DNA of 64,000 nucleotides from the human T2T-CHM13v2.0 reference genome, Homo sapiens. The stretch is from assembly GCF_009914755.1 (NCBI RefSeq), contig NC_060925.1; one strand, given 5' to 3'. Every line of letters begins with the position of its first letter. The first letter of the stretch is position 1. The position numbers were made by a program, and so were the translations under genes. This document shows, in pieces, positions 11,946-26,900 of this stretch. Under the pieces are notes generated by a model. That model saw only the letters and a program-made list of their open reading frames with translations. It searched no databases and was not told the origin of the DNA.

Positions 11946-14900
11946 ATGGAATGGTCATCGAATGAGTTGAATGCAATCATCGAATGGTCTCGAATGGAAT
12001 CATCTTCTAATGGAAAGGAATGGAATCATCGCATAGAATCGAATGGAATTATCATCGAATGGAATCGAATGGTATCAACACCAAACGGAAAAAAACGGAA
12101 TTATCGAATGGAATCGAAGAGAATCTTCGAACGGACCCGAATGGAATCATCTAATGGAATGGAATGGAATAATCCATGGACTCGAATGCAATCATCATCG
12201 AATGGAATCGAATGGAATCATCGAATGGACTCGAATGGAATAATCATTGAACGGAATCGAATGGAATCATCATCGGATGGAAACGAATGGAATCATCATC
12301 GAATGGAAATGAAAGGAGTCATCATCTAATGGAATTGCATGGAATCATCATAAAATGGAATCGAATGGAATCAACATCAAATGGAATCAAATGGAATCAT
12401 TGAACGGAATTGAATGGAATCGTCATCGAATGAATTGAATGCAATCATCGAATGGTCTCGAATGGAATCATCTTCAAATGGAATGGAATGGAATCATCGC
12501 ATAGAATCGAATGGAATTATCATCGAACGGAATCGAATGGAATCAACATCAAACGGAAAAAAACGGAATTATCGAATGGAATCGAAGAGAATCATCGAAT
12601 GGACCCGAATGGAATCATCTAATGGAATGGAATGGAATAATCCATGGACTCGAATGCAATCATCATCGAATGGAATCGAATGGAATCATCGAATGGACTC
12701 GAATGGAATAATCATTGAACGGAATCGAATGGAATCATCATCGGATGGAAACGAATGGAATCATCATCGAATGGAAATGAAAGGAGTCATCATCTAATGG
12801 AATTGCATGGAATCATCATAAAATGGAATCGAATGGAATCATCATCAAATGGAATCAAATGGAATCATTGAACGGAATTGAATGGAATCGTCATCGAATG
12901 AATTGAATGCAATCATCGAATGGTCTCGAATGGAATCATCTTCAAATGGAATGGAATGGAATCATCGCATAGAATCGAATGGAATTATCATCGAATGGAA
13001 TCGAATGGTATCAACATCAAACGGAAAAAAATGGAATTATCGAATGGAATCAAAGAGAATCTTCGAACGGACCCGAATGGAATCATCTAATGGAATGGAA
13101 TGGAATAATCCATGGACTCGAATGCAATCATCATCGAATGGAATCGAATGGAATCATTGAAAGGACTCGTATGGAATAATCATTGAACGGAATCGAATGG
13201 AATCATCATCGGATGGAAATGAATGGAATCATCATCGAATGGAATCGAATAGAATTATGGAATGAAATCCAGTGTGATCATCATCGAATGGACCCGAATG
13301 GAATCATCATCCAACGGAAGCTAATGGAATCAACATCCAATGAATCGAATGGAAACACCATCGAATTGAAACGAATGGAATTATCATGAAATTGAAATGG
13401 ATGGACTCATCATCGAATGGATTCGAATGGAATCATCGAATAAAATTGATTGAAATCATCATCGAATGGAATCGAATGGTATCATTGAATGGAATCGAAT
13501 GGAATCATCATCAGATGGAAATGAATGGAATCGTCATAGAATGGAATCGAATGGATTCATTGAATGGAATCAGATGGAATCATCGAATGGACTGGAATGG
13601 AATCATTGAATGGACTCGAAAGGGATCATTATTGAATGGAATTGAATGGAATCATCGAATGGTCTCGATTGGAATCATTATCAAATGGAATCGAATGGAA
13701 TCACCGAATAGAATCGAATGGAACAATCATCGAATGGACTCAAATGGAATTATCCTCAAATAGAATCGAATGGAATTATCGAATGCAATCGAATGGAGTT
13801 ATCGAATGCAATCGAATAGAATCATCGAATGGACTCGAATGGAATCATCGAATGGAATGGAATGGAACAGTCAATAAACTCGAATGGAATCATCATTGAA
13901 TGGAATCGAATGGAATCATCGAGTGGAATCGAATGGAATTATGATCAAATGGAATCGAATGTAATCATCATCAAATGGAATCAAAAATAACCATCATCAA
14001 TTGGTATTGAATGGAATTGTCATCAAATGGAATTCAAAGGAATCATCATCAAATGGAACCGAATGGAATCCTCATTGAATGGAAATGAAAGGGGTCATCA
14101 TCTAATGGAATCGCATGGAATCATCATCAAATGGAATCGAATGGAATCATCATCAAATGGAATCGAATGGAATCATTGAAAGAATTGAATGGAATCATCA
14201 TCGAATGAATTGAATGCAATCATCGAATGGTCTCGAATGGAATCATCTTCTAATGGAAAGGAATGGAATCATCGCATAGAATCGAATGGAATTATCATCG
14301 AATGGAATCGAATGGTATCAACACCAAACGGAAAAAAACGGAATTATCGAATGGAATCGAAGAGAATCTTCGAACGGACCCGAATGGAATCATCTAATGG
14401 AATGGAATGGAATAATCCATGGAGTCGAATGCAATCATCATCGAATGGAATCGAATGGAATCATCGAATGGACTCGAATGGAATAATCATTGAACGGAAT
14501 CGAATGGAATCATCATCGGATGGAAACGAATGGAATCATCATCGAATGGAAATGAAAGGAGTCATCATCTAATGGAATTGCATGGAATCATCATAAAATG
14601 GAATCGAATGGAATCAACATCAAATGGAATCAAATGGAATCATTGAACGGAATTGAATGGAATCGTCATCGAATGAATTGAATGCAATCATCGAATGGTC
14701 TCGAATGGAATCATCTTCAAATGGAATGGAATGGAATCATCGCATAGAATCGAATGGAATTATCATCGAATGGAATCGAATGGAATCAACATCAAACGGA
14801 AAAAAACGTAATTATCGAATGGAATCGAAGAGAATCATCGAATGGACCCGAATGGAATCATCTAATGGAATGGAATGGAATAATCCATGGACTCGAATGC

Positions 14901-17900
14901 AATCATCATCGAATGGAATCGAATGGAATCATCGAATGGACTCGAATGGAATAATCATTGAACGGAATCGAATGGAATCATCATCGGATGGAAATGAATG
15001 GAATCATCATCGAATGGAATCGAATAGAATTATGGAATGAAATCCAGTGTGATCATCATCGAATGGACACGAATGGAATCATCATCCAACGGAAGCTAAT
15101 GGAATCAACATCGAATGAATCAAATGGAAACACCATCGAATTGAAACGAATGGAATTACCATGAAATTGAAATGGATGGACTCATCATCAAATGGTTTCG
15201 AGTGGAATCATCGAATAAAATTGATTGAAATCATCATCGAATGGAATCGAATGGTATCATTGAATGGAATCGAATGGAATCATCATCAGATGGAAATGAA
15301 AGGAATCGTCATAGAATGGAATCGAATGGATTCATTGAATGGAATCAGATGGAATCATTGAATGGACTGGAATGGAATCATTGAATGGACTCGAAAGGGA
15401 TCATGATTGAATGGAATTGAATGGAATCATCGAATGGTCTCGATTGGAATCATTATCAAATGGAATCGAATGGAATCACCGAATAGAATCGAATGGAACA
15501 ATCATCTAATGGACTCAAATGGAATTATCCTCAAATGGAATCGAATGGAATTATCGAATGCAATCGAATGGAATTATCGAATGCAATCGAAGAGAATCAT
15601 CGAATGGACTCGAATGGAATCATCGAATGGAATGGAATGGAACAGTCAATGAACTCGAATGGAATCATCATTGAATGGAATCGAATGGAATCATCGAGTG
15701 GAATCGAATGGAATTATGATCAAATGGAATCGAATGTAATCATCATCAAATGGAATCAAAAATAACCATCATCAATTGGTATTGAATGGAATTCTCATCA
15801 AATGGAATTCAAAGGAATCATCATCAAATGGAACCGAATGGAATCCTCATTGAATGGAAATGAAAGGGGTCATCATCTAATGGAATCGCATGGAATCATC
15901 ATCAAATGGAATCGAATGGAATCAACATCAAATGGAATCTAATGGAATCATTGAACGGAATTGAATGGAATCGTCATCGAATGAATTGAATGCAATCATC
16001 GAATGGTCTCGAATGGAATCATCTTCAAATGGAATGGAATGGAATCATCGCATAGAATCGAATGGAATTATCATCGAATGGAATCGAATGGAATCAACAT
16101 CAAACGGAAAAAAACGGAATTATCGAATGGAATCGAAGAGAATCTTCGAACGGACCCGAATGGAAACATCTAATGGAATGGAATGGAATAATCCATGGAC
16201 TCGAATGCAATCATCATCGAATGGAATCGAATGGAATCATCGAATGGACTCGAATGGAATAATCATTGAACGGAATCGAATGGAATCATCATCGGATGGA
16301 AACGAATGGAATCATCATCGAATGGAAATGAAAGGAGTCATCATCTAATGGAATTGCATGGAATCATCATAAAATGGAATCGAATGGAATCAACATCAAA
16401 TGGAATCAAATGGAATCATTGAACGGAATTGAATGGAATCGTCATCGAATGAATTGAATGCAATCATCGAATGGTCTCGAATGGAATCATCTTCAAATGG
16501 AATGGAATGGAATCATCGCATAGAATCGAATGGAATTATCATCGAATGGAATCGAATGGAATCAACATCAAACGGAAAAAAACGGAATTATCGAATGGAA
16601 TCGAAGAGAATCATCGAATGGACCCGAATGGAATCATCTAATGGAATGGAATGGAATAATCCATGGACTCGAATGCAATCATCATCGAATGGAATCGAAT
16701 GGAATCATCAAATGGACTCGAATGGAATAATCATTGAACGGAATCGAATGGAATCATCATCGGATGGAAATGAAAGGAGTCATCATCTAATGGAATTGCA
16801 TGGAATCATCATAAAATGGAATCGAATGGAATCAACATCAAATGGAATCAAATGGAATCATTGAACGGAATTGAATGGAATCGTCATCGAATGAATTGAA
16901 AGCAATCATCGAATGGTCTCGAATGGAATCATCTTCAAATGGAATGGAATGGAATCATCGCATAGAATCGAATGGAATTATCATCGAATGGAATCGAATG
17001 GAATCAACATCAAACGGAAAAAAACGGAATTATCGAATGGAATCGAAGAGAATCATCGAATGGACCCGAATGGAATCATCTAATGGAATGGAATGGAATA
17101 ATCCATGGACTCGAATGCAATCATCATCGAATGGAATCGAATGGAATCATCGAATGGACTCGAATGGAATAATCATTGAACGGAATAGAATGGAATCATC
17201 ATCGGATGGAAATGAATGGAATCATCATCGAATGGAATCGAATAGAATTATGGAATGAAATCCAGTGTGATCATCATCGAATGGACCCGAATGGAATCAT
17301 CATCCAACGGAAGCTAATGGAATCAACATCGAATGAATCAAATGGAAACACCATCGAATTGAAACGAATGGAATTACCATGAAATTGAAATGGATGGACT
17401 CATCATCGAATGGATTCGAATGGAATCATCGAATAAAATTGATTGAAATCATCATCCAATGGAATCGAATGGTATCATTGAATGGAATCGAATGGAATCA
17501 TCATCAGATGGAAATGAATGGAATCGTCATAGAATGGAATCGAATGGATTAATTGAATGGAATCAGATGGAATCATCGAATGGACTGGAATGGAATCATT
17601 GAATGGACTCGAAAGGGATCATTATTGAATGGAATTGAATGGAATCATCGAATGGTCTCGATTGGAATCATTATCAAATGGAATCGAATGGAATCACCGA
17701 ATAGAATCGAATGGAACAATCATCGAATGGACACAAATGGAATTATCCTCAAATGGAATCGAATGGAATTATCGAATGCAATCGAATGGAATTATCGAAT
17801 GCAATCGAATAGAATCATCGAATGGACTCGAATGGAATCATCGAATGGAATGGAATGGAACAGTCAATGAACTCGAATGGAATCATCATTGAATGGAATC

Positions 17901-20900
17901 GAATGGAATCATCGAGTGGAATCGAATGTAATCATCATCAAATGGAATCAAAAATAACCATCATCAAATGGAATCAAAAATAACCATCATCAATTGATAT
18001 TGAATGGAATTCTCATCAAATGGAATTCAAAGGAATCATCATCAAATGGAACCGAATGGAATCCTCATTGAATGGAAATGAAAGGGGTTATCATCTAATG
18101 GAATCGCATGGAATCATCATAAAATGGAATCGAATGGAATCAACATCAAATGGAATCAAATGGAATCATTGAACGGAATTGAATGGAATCGTCATCGAAT
18201 GAATTGAATGCAATCATCGAATGGTCTCGAATGGAATCATCTTCAAATGGAATGGAATGGAATCATCACATAGAATCGAATGGAATTATCATCGAATGGA
18301 ATCGAATGGAATCAACATCAAACGGAAAAAAACGGAATTATCGAATGCAATCGAAGAGAATCATCGAATGGACCCGAATGGAATCATCTAATGGAATGGA
18401 ATGGAATAATCCATGGACTCGAATGCAATCATCATCGAATGGAATCGAATGGAATCATCGAATGGACTCGAATGGAATAATCATTGAACGGAATCGAATG
18501 GAATCATCATCGGATGGAAACGAATGGAATCATCATCGAATGGAATCAAATAGAATTATGGAATGAAATCCACTGTGATCATCATCGAATGGACCCGAAT
18601 GGAATCATCATCCAACGGAAGCTAATGGAATCAACATCGAATGAATCACATGGAAACACCATCGAATTGAAACGAATGGAATTACCATGAAATTGAAATG
18701 GATGGACTCATCATCAAATGGATTCGAATGGATTCATCAAATAAAATTGATTGAAATCATCATCGAATGGAATCGAATGGTATCATTGAATGGAATCGAA
18801 TGGAATCATCATCAGATGGAAATGAATGGAATCGTTATAGAATGGAATCGAATGGATTCATTGAATGGAATCAGATGGAATCATTGAATGGACTGGAATG
18901 GAATCATTGAATGGACTCGAAAGGGATCATTATTGAATGGAATTGAATGGAATCATCGAATGGTCTCGATTGGAATCATTATCAAATGGAATCGAATGGA
19001 ATCACCGAATAGAATCGAATGGAACAATCATCGAATGGACTCAAATGGAATTATCCTCCAATGGAATCGAATGGAATTATCGAATGCAATCGAATGGAAT
19101 TATCGAATGCAATCGAATAGAATCATCGAATGGACTCGAATGGAATCATCGAATGGAATGGAATGGAACAGTCAATGAACTCGAATGGAATCATCATTGA
19201 ATGGAATCGAATGGAATCATCGAGTGGAATCGAAAGGAATTATGACCAAATGGAATCGAATGTAATCATCATCAAATGGAATCAAAAATAACCATCATCA
19301 ATTGGTATTGAATGGAATTGTCATCAAATGGAATTCAAAGGAATCATCATCAAATGGAACCGAATGGAATCCTCATTGAATGGAAATGAAAGGGGTCATC
19401 ATCTAATGGAATCGCATGGAATCATCATCAAATGGAATCGAATGGAATCATCATCAAATGGAATCAAATGGAATCATTGAACAGAATTGAATGGAACGGT
19501 CATCGAATGAGTTGAATGCAATCATCGAATGGTCTCGAATGGAATCATCTTCTAATGGAAAGGAATGGAATCATCGCATAGAATCGAATGGAATTATCAT
19601 CGAATGGAATCGAATGGTATCAACACCAAACGGAAAAAAACGGAATTATCGAATGGAATCGAAGAGAATCTTCGAACGGACCCGAATGGAATCATCTAAT
19701 GGAATGGAATGGAATAATCCATGGACTCGAATGCAATCATCATCGAATGGAATCGAATGGAATCATCGAATGGACTCGAATGGAATAATCATTGAACGGA
19801 ATCGAATGGAATCATCATCGGATGGAAACGAATGGAATCATCATCGAATGGAAATGAAAGGAGTCATCATCTAATGGAATTGCATGGAATCATTATAAAA
19901 TGGAATCGAATGGAATCAACATCAAATGGAATCAAATGGAATCATTGAACGGAATTGAATGGAATCGTCATCGAATGAATTGAATGCAATCATCGAATGG
20001 TCTCGAATGGAATCATCTTCAAATGGAATGGAATGGAATCATCGCATAGAATCGAATGGAATTATCATCGAATGGAATCGAATGGAATCAACATCAAACG
20101 GAAAAAAACGGAATTATCGAATGGAATCGAAGAGAATCATCGAATGGACCCGAATGGAATCATCTAATGGAATGGAATGGAATAATCCATGGACTCGAAT
20201 GCAATCATCATCGAATGGAATCGAATGGAATCATCGAATGGACTCGAATGGAATAATCATTGAACGGAATCGAATGGAATCATCATCGGATGGAAACGAA
20301 TGGAATCATCATCGAATGGAAATGAAAGGAGTCATCATCTAATGGAATTGCATGGAATCATCATAAAATGGAATCGAATGGAATCATCATCAAATGGAAT
20401 CAAATGGAATCATTGAACGGAATTGAATGGAATCGTCATCGAATGAATTGAATGCAATCATCGAATGGTCTCGAATGGAATCATCTTCACATGGAATGGA
20501 ATGGAATCATCGCATAGAATCGAATGGAATTATCATCGAATGGAATCGAATGGTATCAACATCAAACGGAAAAAAACGGAATTATCGAATGGAATCAAAG
20601 AGAATCTTCGAACGGACCCGAATGGAATCATCTAATGGAATGGAATGGAATAATCCATGGACTCGAATGCAATCATCATCGAATGGAATCGAATGGAATC
20701 ATTGAAAGGACTCGAACGGAATAATCATTGAACGGAATCGAATGGAATCATCATCGGATGGAAATGAATGGAATCATCATCGAATGGAATCGAATAGAAT
20801 TATGGAATGAAATCCAGTGTGATCATCATCGAATGGACCCGAATGGAATCATCATCCAACGGAAGCTAATGGAATCAACATCAAATGAATCGAATGGAAA

Positions 20901-23900
20901 CACCATCGAATTGAAACGAATGGAATTATCATGAAATTGAAATGGATGGACTCATCATCGAATGGATTCGAATGGAATCATCGAATAAAATTGATTGAAA
21001 TCATCATCGAATGGAATCGAATGGTATCATTGAATGGAATCGAATGGAATCATCATCAGATGGAAATGAATGGAATCGTCATAGAATGGAATCGAATGGA
21101 TTCATTGAATGGAATCAGATGGAATCATCGAATGGACTGGAATGGAATCATTGAATGGACTCGAAAGGGATCATTATTGAATGGAATTGAATGGAATCAT
21201 CGAATGGTCTCGATTGGAATCATTATCAAATGGAATCGAATGGAATCACCGAATAGAATCGAATGGAACAATCATCGAATGGACTCAAATGGAATTATCC
21301 TCAAATAGAATCGAATGGAATTATCGAATGCAATCGAATGGAATTATCGAATGCAATCGAATAGAATCATCGAATGGACTCGAATGGAATCATCGAATGG
21401 AATGGAATGGAACAGTCAATAAACTCGAATGGAATCATCATTGAATGGAATCGAATGGAATCATCGAGTGGAATCGAATGGAATTATGATCAAATGGAAT
21501 CGAATGTAATCATCATCAAATGGAATCAAAAATAACCATCATCAATTGGTATTGAATGGAATTGTCATCAAATGGAATTCAAAGGAATCATCATCAAATG
21601 GAACCGAATGGAATCCTCATTGAATGGAAATGAAAGGGGTCATCATCTAATGGAATCGCATGGAATCATCATCAAACGGAATCGAATGGAATCATCATCA
21701 AATGGAATCGAATGGAATCATTGAAAGAATTGAATGGAATCATCATCGAGTGAATTGAATGCAATCATCGAATGGTCTCGAATGGAATCATCTTCTAATG
21801 GAAAGGAATGGAATCATCGCATAGAATCGAATGGAATTATCATCGAATGGAATCGAATGGTATCAACACCAAACGGAAAAAAACGGAATTATCGAATGGA
21901 ATCGAAGAGAATCTTCGAACGGACCCGAATGGAATCATCTAATGGAATGGAATGGAATAATCCATGGAGTCGAATGCAATCATCATCGAATGGAATCGAA
22001 TGGAATCATCGAATGGACTCGAATGGAATAATCATTGAACGGAATCGAATGGAATCATCATCGGATGGAAACGAATGGAATCATCATCGAATGGAAATGA
22101 AAGGAGTCATCATCTAATGGAATTGCATGGAATCATCATCAAATGGAATCGAATGGAATCAACATCAAATGGAATCAAATGGAATCATTGAACGGAATTG
22201 AATGGAATCGTCATCGAATGAATTGAATGCAATCATCGAATGGTCTCGAATGGAATCATCTTCAAATGGAATGGAATGGAATCATCGCATAGAATCGAAT
22301 GGAATTATCATCGAATGGAATCGAATGGAATCAACATCAAACGGAAAAAAACGGAATTATCGAATGGAATCGAAGAGAATCATCGAATGGACCCGAATGG
22401 AATCATCTAATGGAATGGAATGGAATAATCCATGGACTCGAATGCAATCATCATCGAATGGAATCGAATGGAATCATCGAATGGACTCGAATGGAATAAT
22501 CATTGAACGGAATCGAATGGAATCATCATCGGATGGAAATGAATGGAATCATCATCGAATGGAATCGAATAGAATTATGGAATGAAATCCAGTGTGATCA
22601 TCATCGAATGGACCCGAATGGAATCATCATCCAACGGAAGCTAATGGAATCAACATCGAATGAATCAAATGGAAACACCATCGAATTGAAACGAATGGAA
22701 TTACCATGAAATTGAAATGGATGGACTCATCCTCAAATGGATTCGAGTGGAATCATCAAATAAAATTGATTGAAATCATCATCGAATGGAATCGAATGGT
22801 ATCATTGAATGGAATCGAATGGAATCATCATCAGATGGAAATGAAAGGAATCGTCATAGAATGGAATCGAATGGATTCATTGAATGGAATCAGATGGAAT
22901 CATTGAATGGACTGGAATGGAATCATTGAATGGACTCGAAAGGGATCATGATTGAATGGAATTGAATGGAATCATCGAATGGTCTCGATTGGAATCATTA
23001 TCAAATGGAATCGAATGGAATCACCGAATAGAATCGAATGGAACAATCATCTAATGGACTCAAATGGAATTATCCTCAAATGGAATCGAATGGAATTATC
23101 GAATGCAATCGAATGGAATTATCGAATGCAATCGAAGAGAATCATCGAATGGACTCGAATGGAATCATCGAATGGAATGGAATGGAACAGTCAATGAACT
23201 CGAATGGAATCATCATTGAATGGAATCGAATGGAATCATCGAGTGGAATCGAATGGAATTATGATCAAATGGAATCGAATGTAATCATCATCAAATGGAA
23301 TCAAAAATAACCATCATCAATTGGTATTGAATGGAATTCTCATCAAATGGAATTCAAAGGAATCATCATCAAATGGAACCGAATGGAATCCTCATTGAAT
23401 GGAAATGAAAGGGGTCATCATCTAATGGAATCGCATGGAATCATCATCAAATGGAATCGAATGGAATCAACATCAAATGGAATCTAATGGAATCATTGAA
23501 CGGAATTGAATGGAATCGTCATCGAATGAATTGAATGCAATCATCGAATGGTCTCGAATGGAATCATCTTCAAATGGAATGGAATGGAATCATCGCATAG
23601 AATCGAATGGAATTATCATCGAATGGAATCGAATGGAATCAACATCAAACGGAAAAAAACGGAATTATCGAATGGAATCGAAGAGAATCTTCGAACGGAC
23701 CCGAATGGAATCATCTAATGGAATGGAATGGAATAATCCATGGACTCGAATGCAATCATCATCGAATGGAATCGAATGGAATCATCGAATGGACTCGAAT
23801 GGAATAATCATTGAACGGAATCGAATGGAATCATCATCGGATGGAAACGAATGGAATCATCATCGAATGGAAATGAAAGGAGTCATCATCTAATGGAATT

Positions 23901-26900
23901 GCATGGAATCATCATAAAATGGAATCGAATGGAATCAACATCAAATGGAATCAAATGGAATCATTGAACGGAATTGAATGGAATCGTCATCGAATGAATT
24001 GAATGCAATCATCGAATGGTCTCGAATGGAATCATCTTCAAATGGAATGGAATGGAATCATCGCATAGAATCGAATGGAATTATCATCGAATGGAATCGA
24101 ATGGAATCAACATCAAACGGAAAAAAACGGAATTATCGAATGGAATCGAAGAGAATCATCGAATGGACCCGAATGGAATCATCTAATGGAATGGAATGGA
24201 ATAATCCATGGACTCGAATGCAATCATCATCGAATGGAATCGAATGGAATCATCAAATGGACTCGAATGGAATAATCATTGAACGGAATCGAATGGAATC
24301 ATCATCGGATGGAAATGAAAGGAGTCATCATCTAATGGAATTGCATGGAATCATCATAAAATGGAATCGAATGGAATCAACATCAAATGGAATCAAATGG
24401 AATCATTGAACGGAATTGAATGGAATCGTCATCGAATGAATTGAAAGCAATCATCGAATGGTCTCGAATGGAATCATCTTCAAATGGAATGGAATGGAAT
24501 CATCGCATAGAATCGAATGGAATTATCATCGAATGGAATCGAATGGAATCAACATCAAACGGAAAAAAACGGAATTATCGAATGGAATCGAAGAGAATCA
24601 TCGAATGGACCCGAATGGAATCATCTAATGGAATGGAATGGAATAATCCATGGACTCGAATGCAATCATCATCGAATGGAATCGAATGGAATCATCGAAT
24701 GGACTCGAATGGAATAATCATTGAACGGAATAGAATGGAATCATCATCGGATGGAAATGAATGGAATCATCATCGAATGGAATCGAATAGAATTATGGAA
24801 TGAAATCCAGTGTGATCATCATCGAATGGACCCGAATGGAATCATCATCCAACGGAAGCTAATGGAATCAACATCGAATGAATCAAATGGAAACACCATC
24901 GAATTGAAACGAATGGAATTACCATGAAATTGAAATGGATGGACTCATCATCGAATGGATTCGAATGGAATCATCGAATAAAATTGATTGAAATCATCAT
25001 CGAATGGAATCGAATGGTATCATTGAATGGAATCGAATGGAATCATCATCAGATGGAAATGAATGGAATCGTCATAGAATGGAATCGAATGGATTAATTG
25101 AATGGAATCAGATGGAATCATCGAATGGACTGGAATGGAATCATTGAATGGACTCGAAAGGGATCATTATTGAATGGAATTGAATGGAATCATCGAATGG
25201 TCTCGATTGGAATCATTATCAAATGGAATCGAATGGAATCACCGAATAGAATCGAATGGAACAATCATCGAATGGACACAAATGGAATTATCCTCAAATG
25301 GAATCGAATGGAATTATCGAATGCAATCGAATGGAATTATCGAATGCAATCGAATAGAATCATCGAATGGACTCGAATGGAATCATCGAATGGAATGGAA
25401 TGGAACAGTCAATGAACTCGAATGGAATCATCATTGAATGGAATCGAATGGAATCATCGAGTGGAATCGAATGTAATCATCATCAAATGGAATCAAAAAT
25501 AACCATCATCAAATGGAATCAAAAATAACCATCATCAATTGATATTGAATGGAATTCTCATCAAATGGAATTCAAAGGAATCATCATCAAATGGAACCGA
25601 ATGGAATCCTCATTGAATGGAAATGAAAGGGGTTATCATCTAATGGAATCGCATGGAATCATCATAAAATGGAATCGAATGGAATCAACATCAAATGGAA
25701 TCAAATGGAATCATTGAACGGAATTGAATGGAATCGTCATCGAATGAATTGAATGCAATCATCGAATGGTCTCGAATGGAATCATCTTCAAATGGAATGG
25801 AATGGAATCATCACATAGAATCGAATGGAATTATCATCGAATGGAATCGAATGGAATCAACATCAAACGGAAAAAAACGGAATTATCGAATGCAATCGAA
25901 GAGAATCATCGAATGGACCCGAATGGAATCATCTAATGGAATGGAATGGAATAATCCATGGACTCGAATGCAATCATCATCGAATGGAATCGAATGGAAT
26001 CATCGAATGGACTCGAATGGAATAATCATTGAACGGAATCGAATGGAATCATCATCGGATGGAAACGAATGGAATCATCATCGAATGGAATCAAATAGAA
26101 TTATGGAATGAAATCCACTGTGATCATCATCGAATGGACCCGAATGGAATCATCATCCAACGGAAGCTAATGGAATCAACATCGAATGAATCAAATGGAA
26201 ACACCATCGAATTGAAACGAATGGAATTACCATGAAATTGAAATGGATGGACTCATCATCAAATGGATTCGAATGGATTCATCAAATAAAATTGATTGAA
26301 ATCATCATCGAATGGAATCGAATGGTATCATTGAATGGAATCGAATGGAATCATCATCAGATGGAAATGAATGGAATCGTTATAGAATGGAATCGAATGG
26401 ATTCATTGAATGGAATCAGATGGAATCATTGAATGGACTGGAATGGAATCATTGAATGGACTCGAAAGGGATCACTATTGAATGGAATTGAATGGAATCA
26501 TCGAATGGTCTCGATTGGAATCATTATCAAATGGAATCGAATGGAATCACCGAATAGAATCGAATGGAACAATCATCGAATGGACTCAAATGGAATTATC
26601 CTCCAATGGAATCGAATGGAATTATCGAATGCAATCGAATGGAATTATCGAATGCAATCGAATAGAATCATCGAATGGACTCGAATGGAATCATCGAATG
26701 GAATGGAATGGAACAGTCAATGAACTCGAATGGAATCATCATTGAATGGAATCGAATGGAATCATCGAGTGGAATCGAAAGGAATTATGACCAAATGGAA
26801 TCGAATGTAATCATCATCAAATGGAATCAAAAATAACCATCATCAATTGGTATTGAATGGAATTGTCATCAAATGGAATTCAAAGGAATCATCATCAAAT

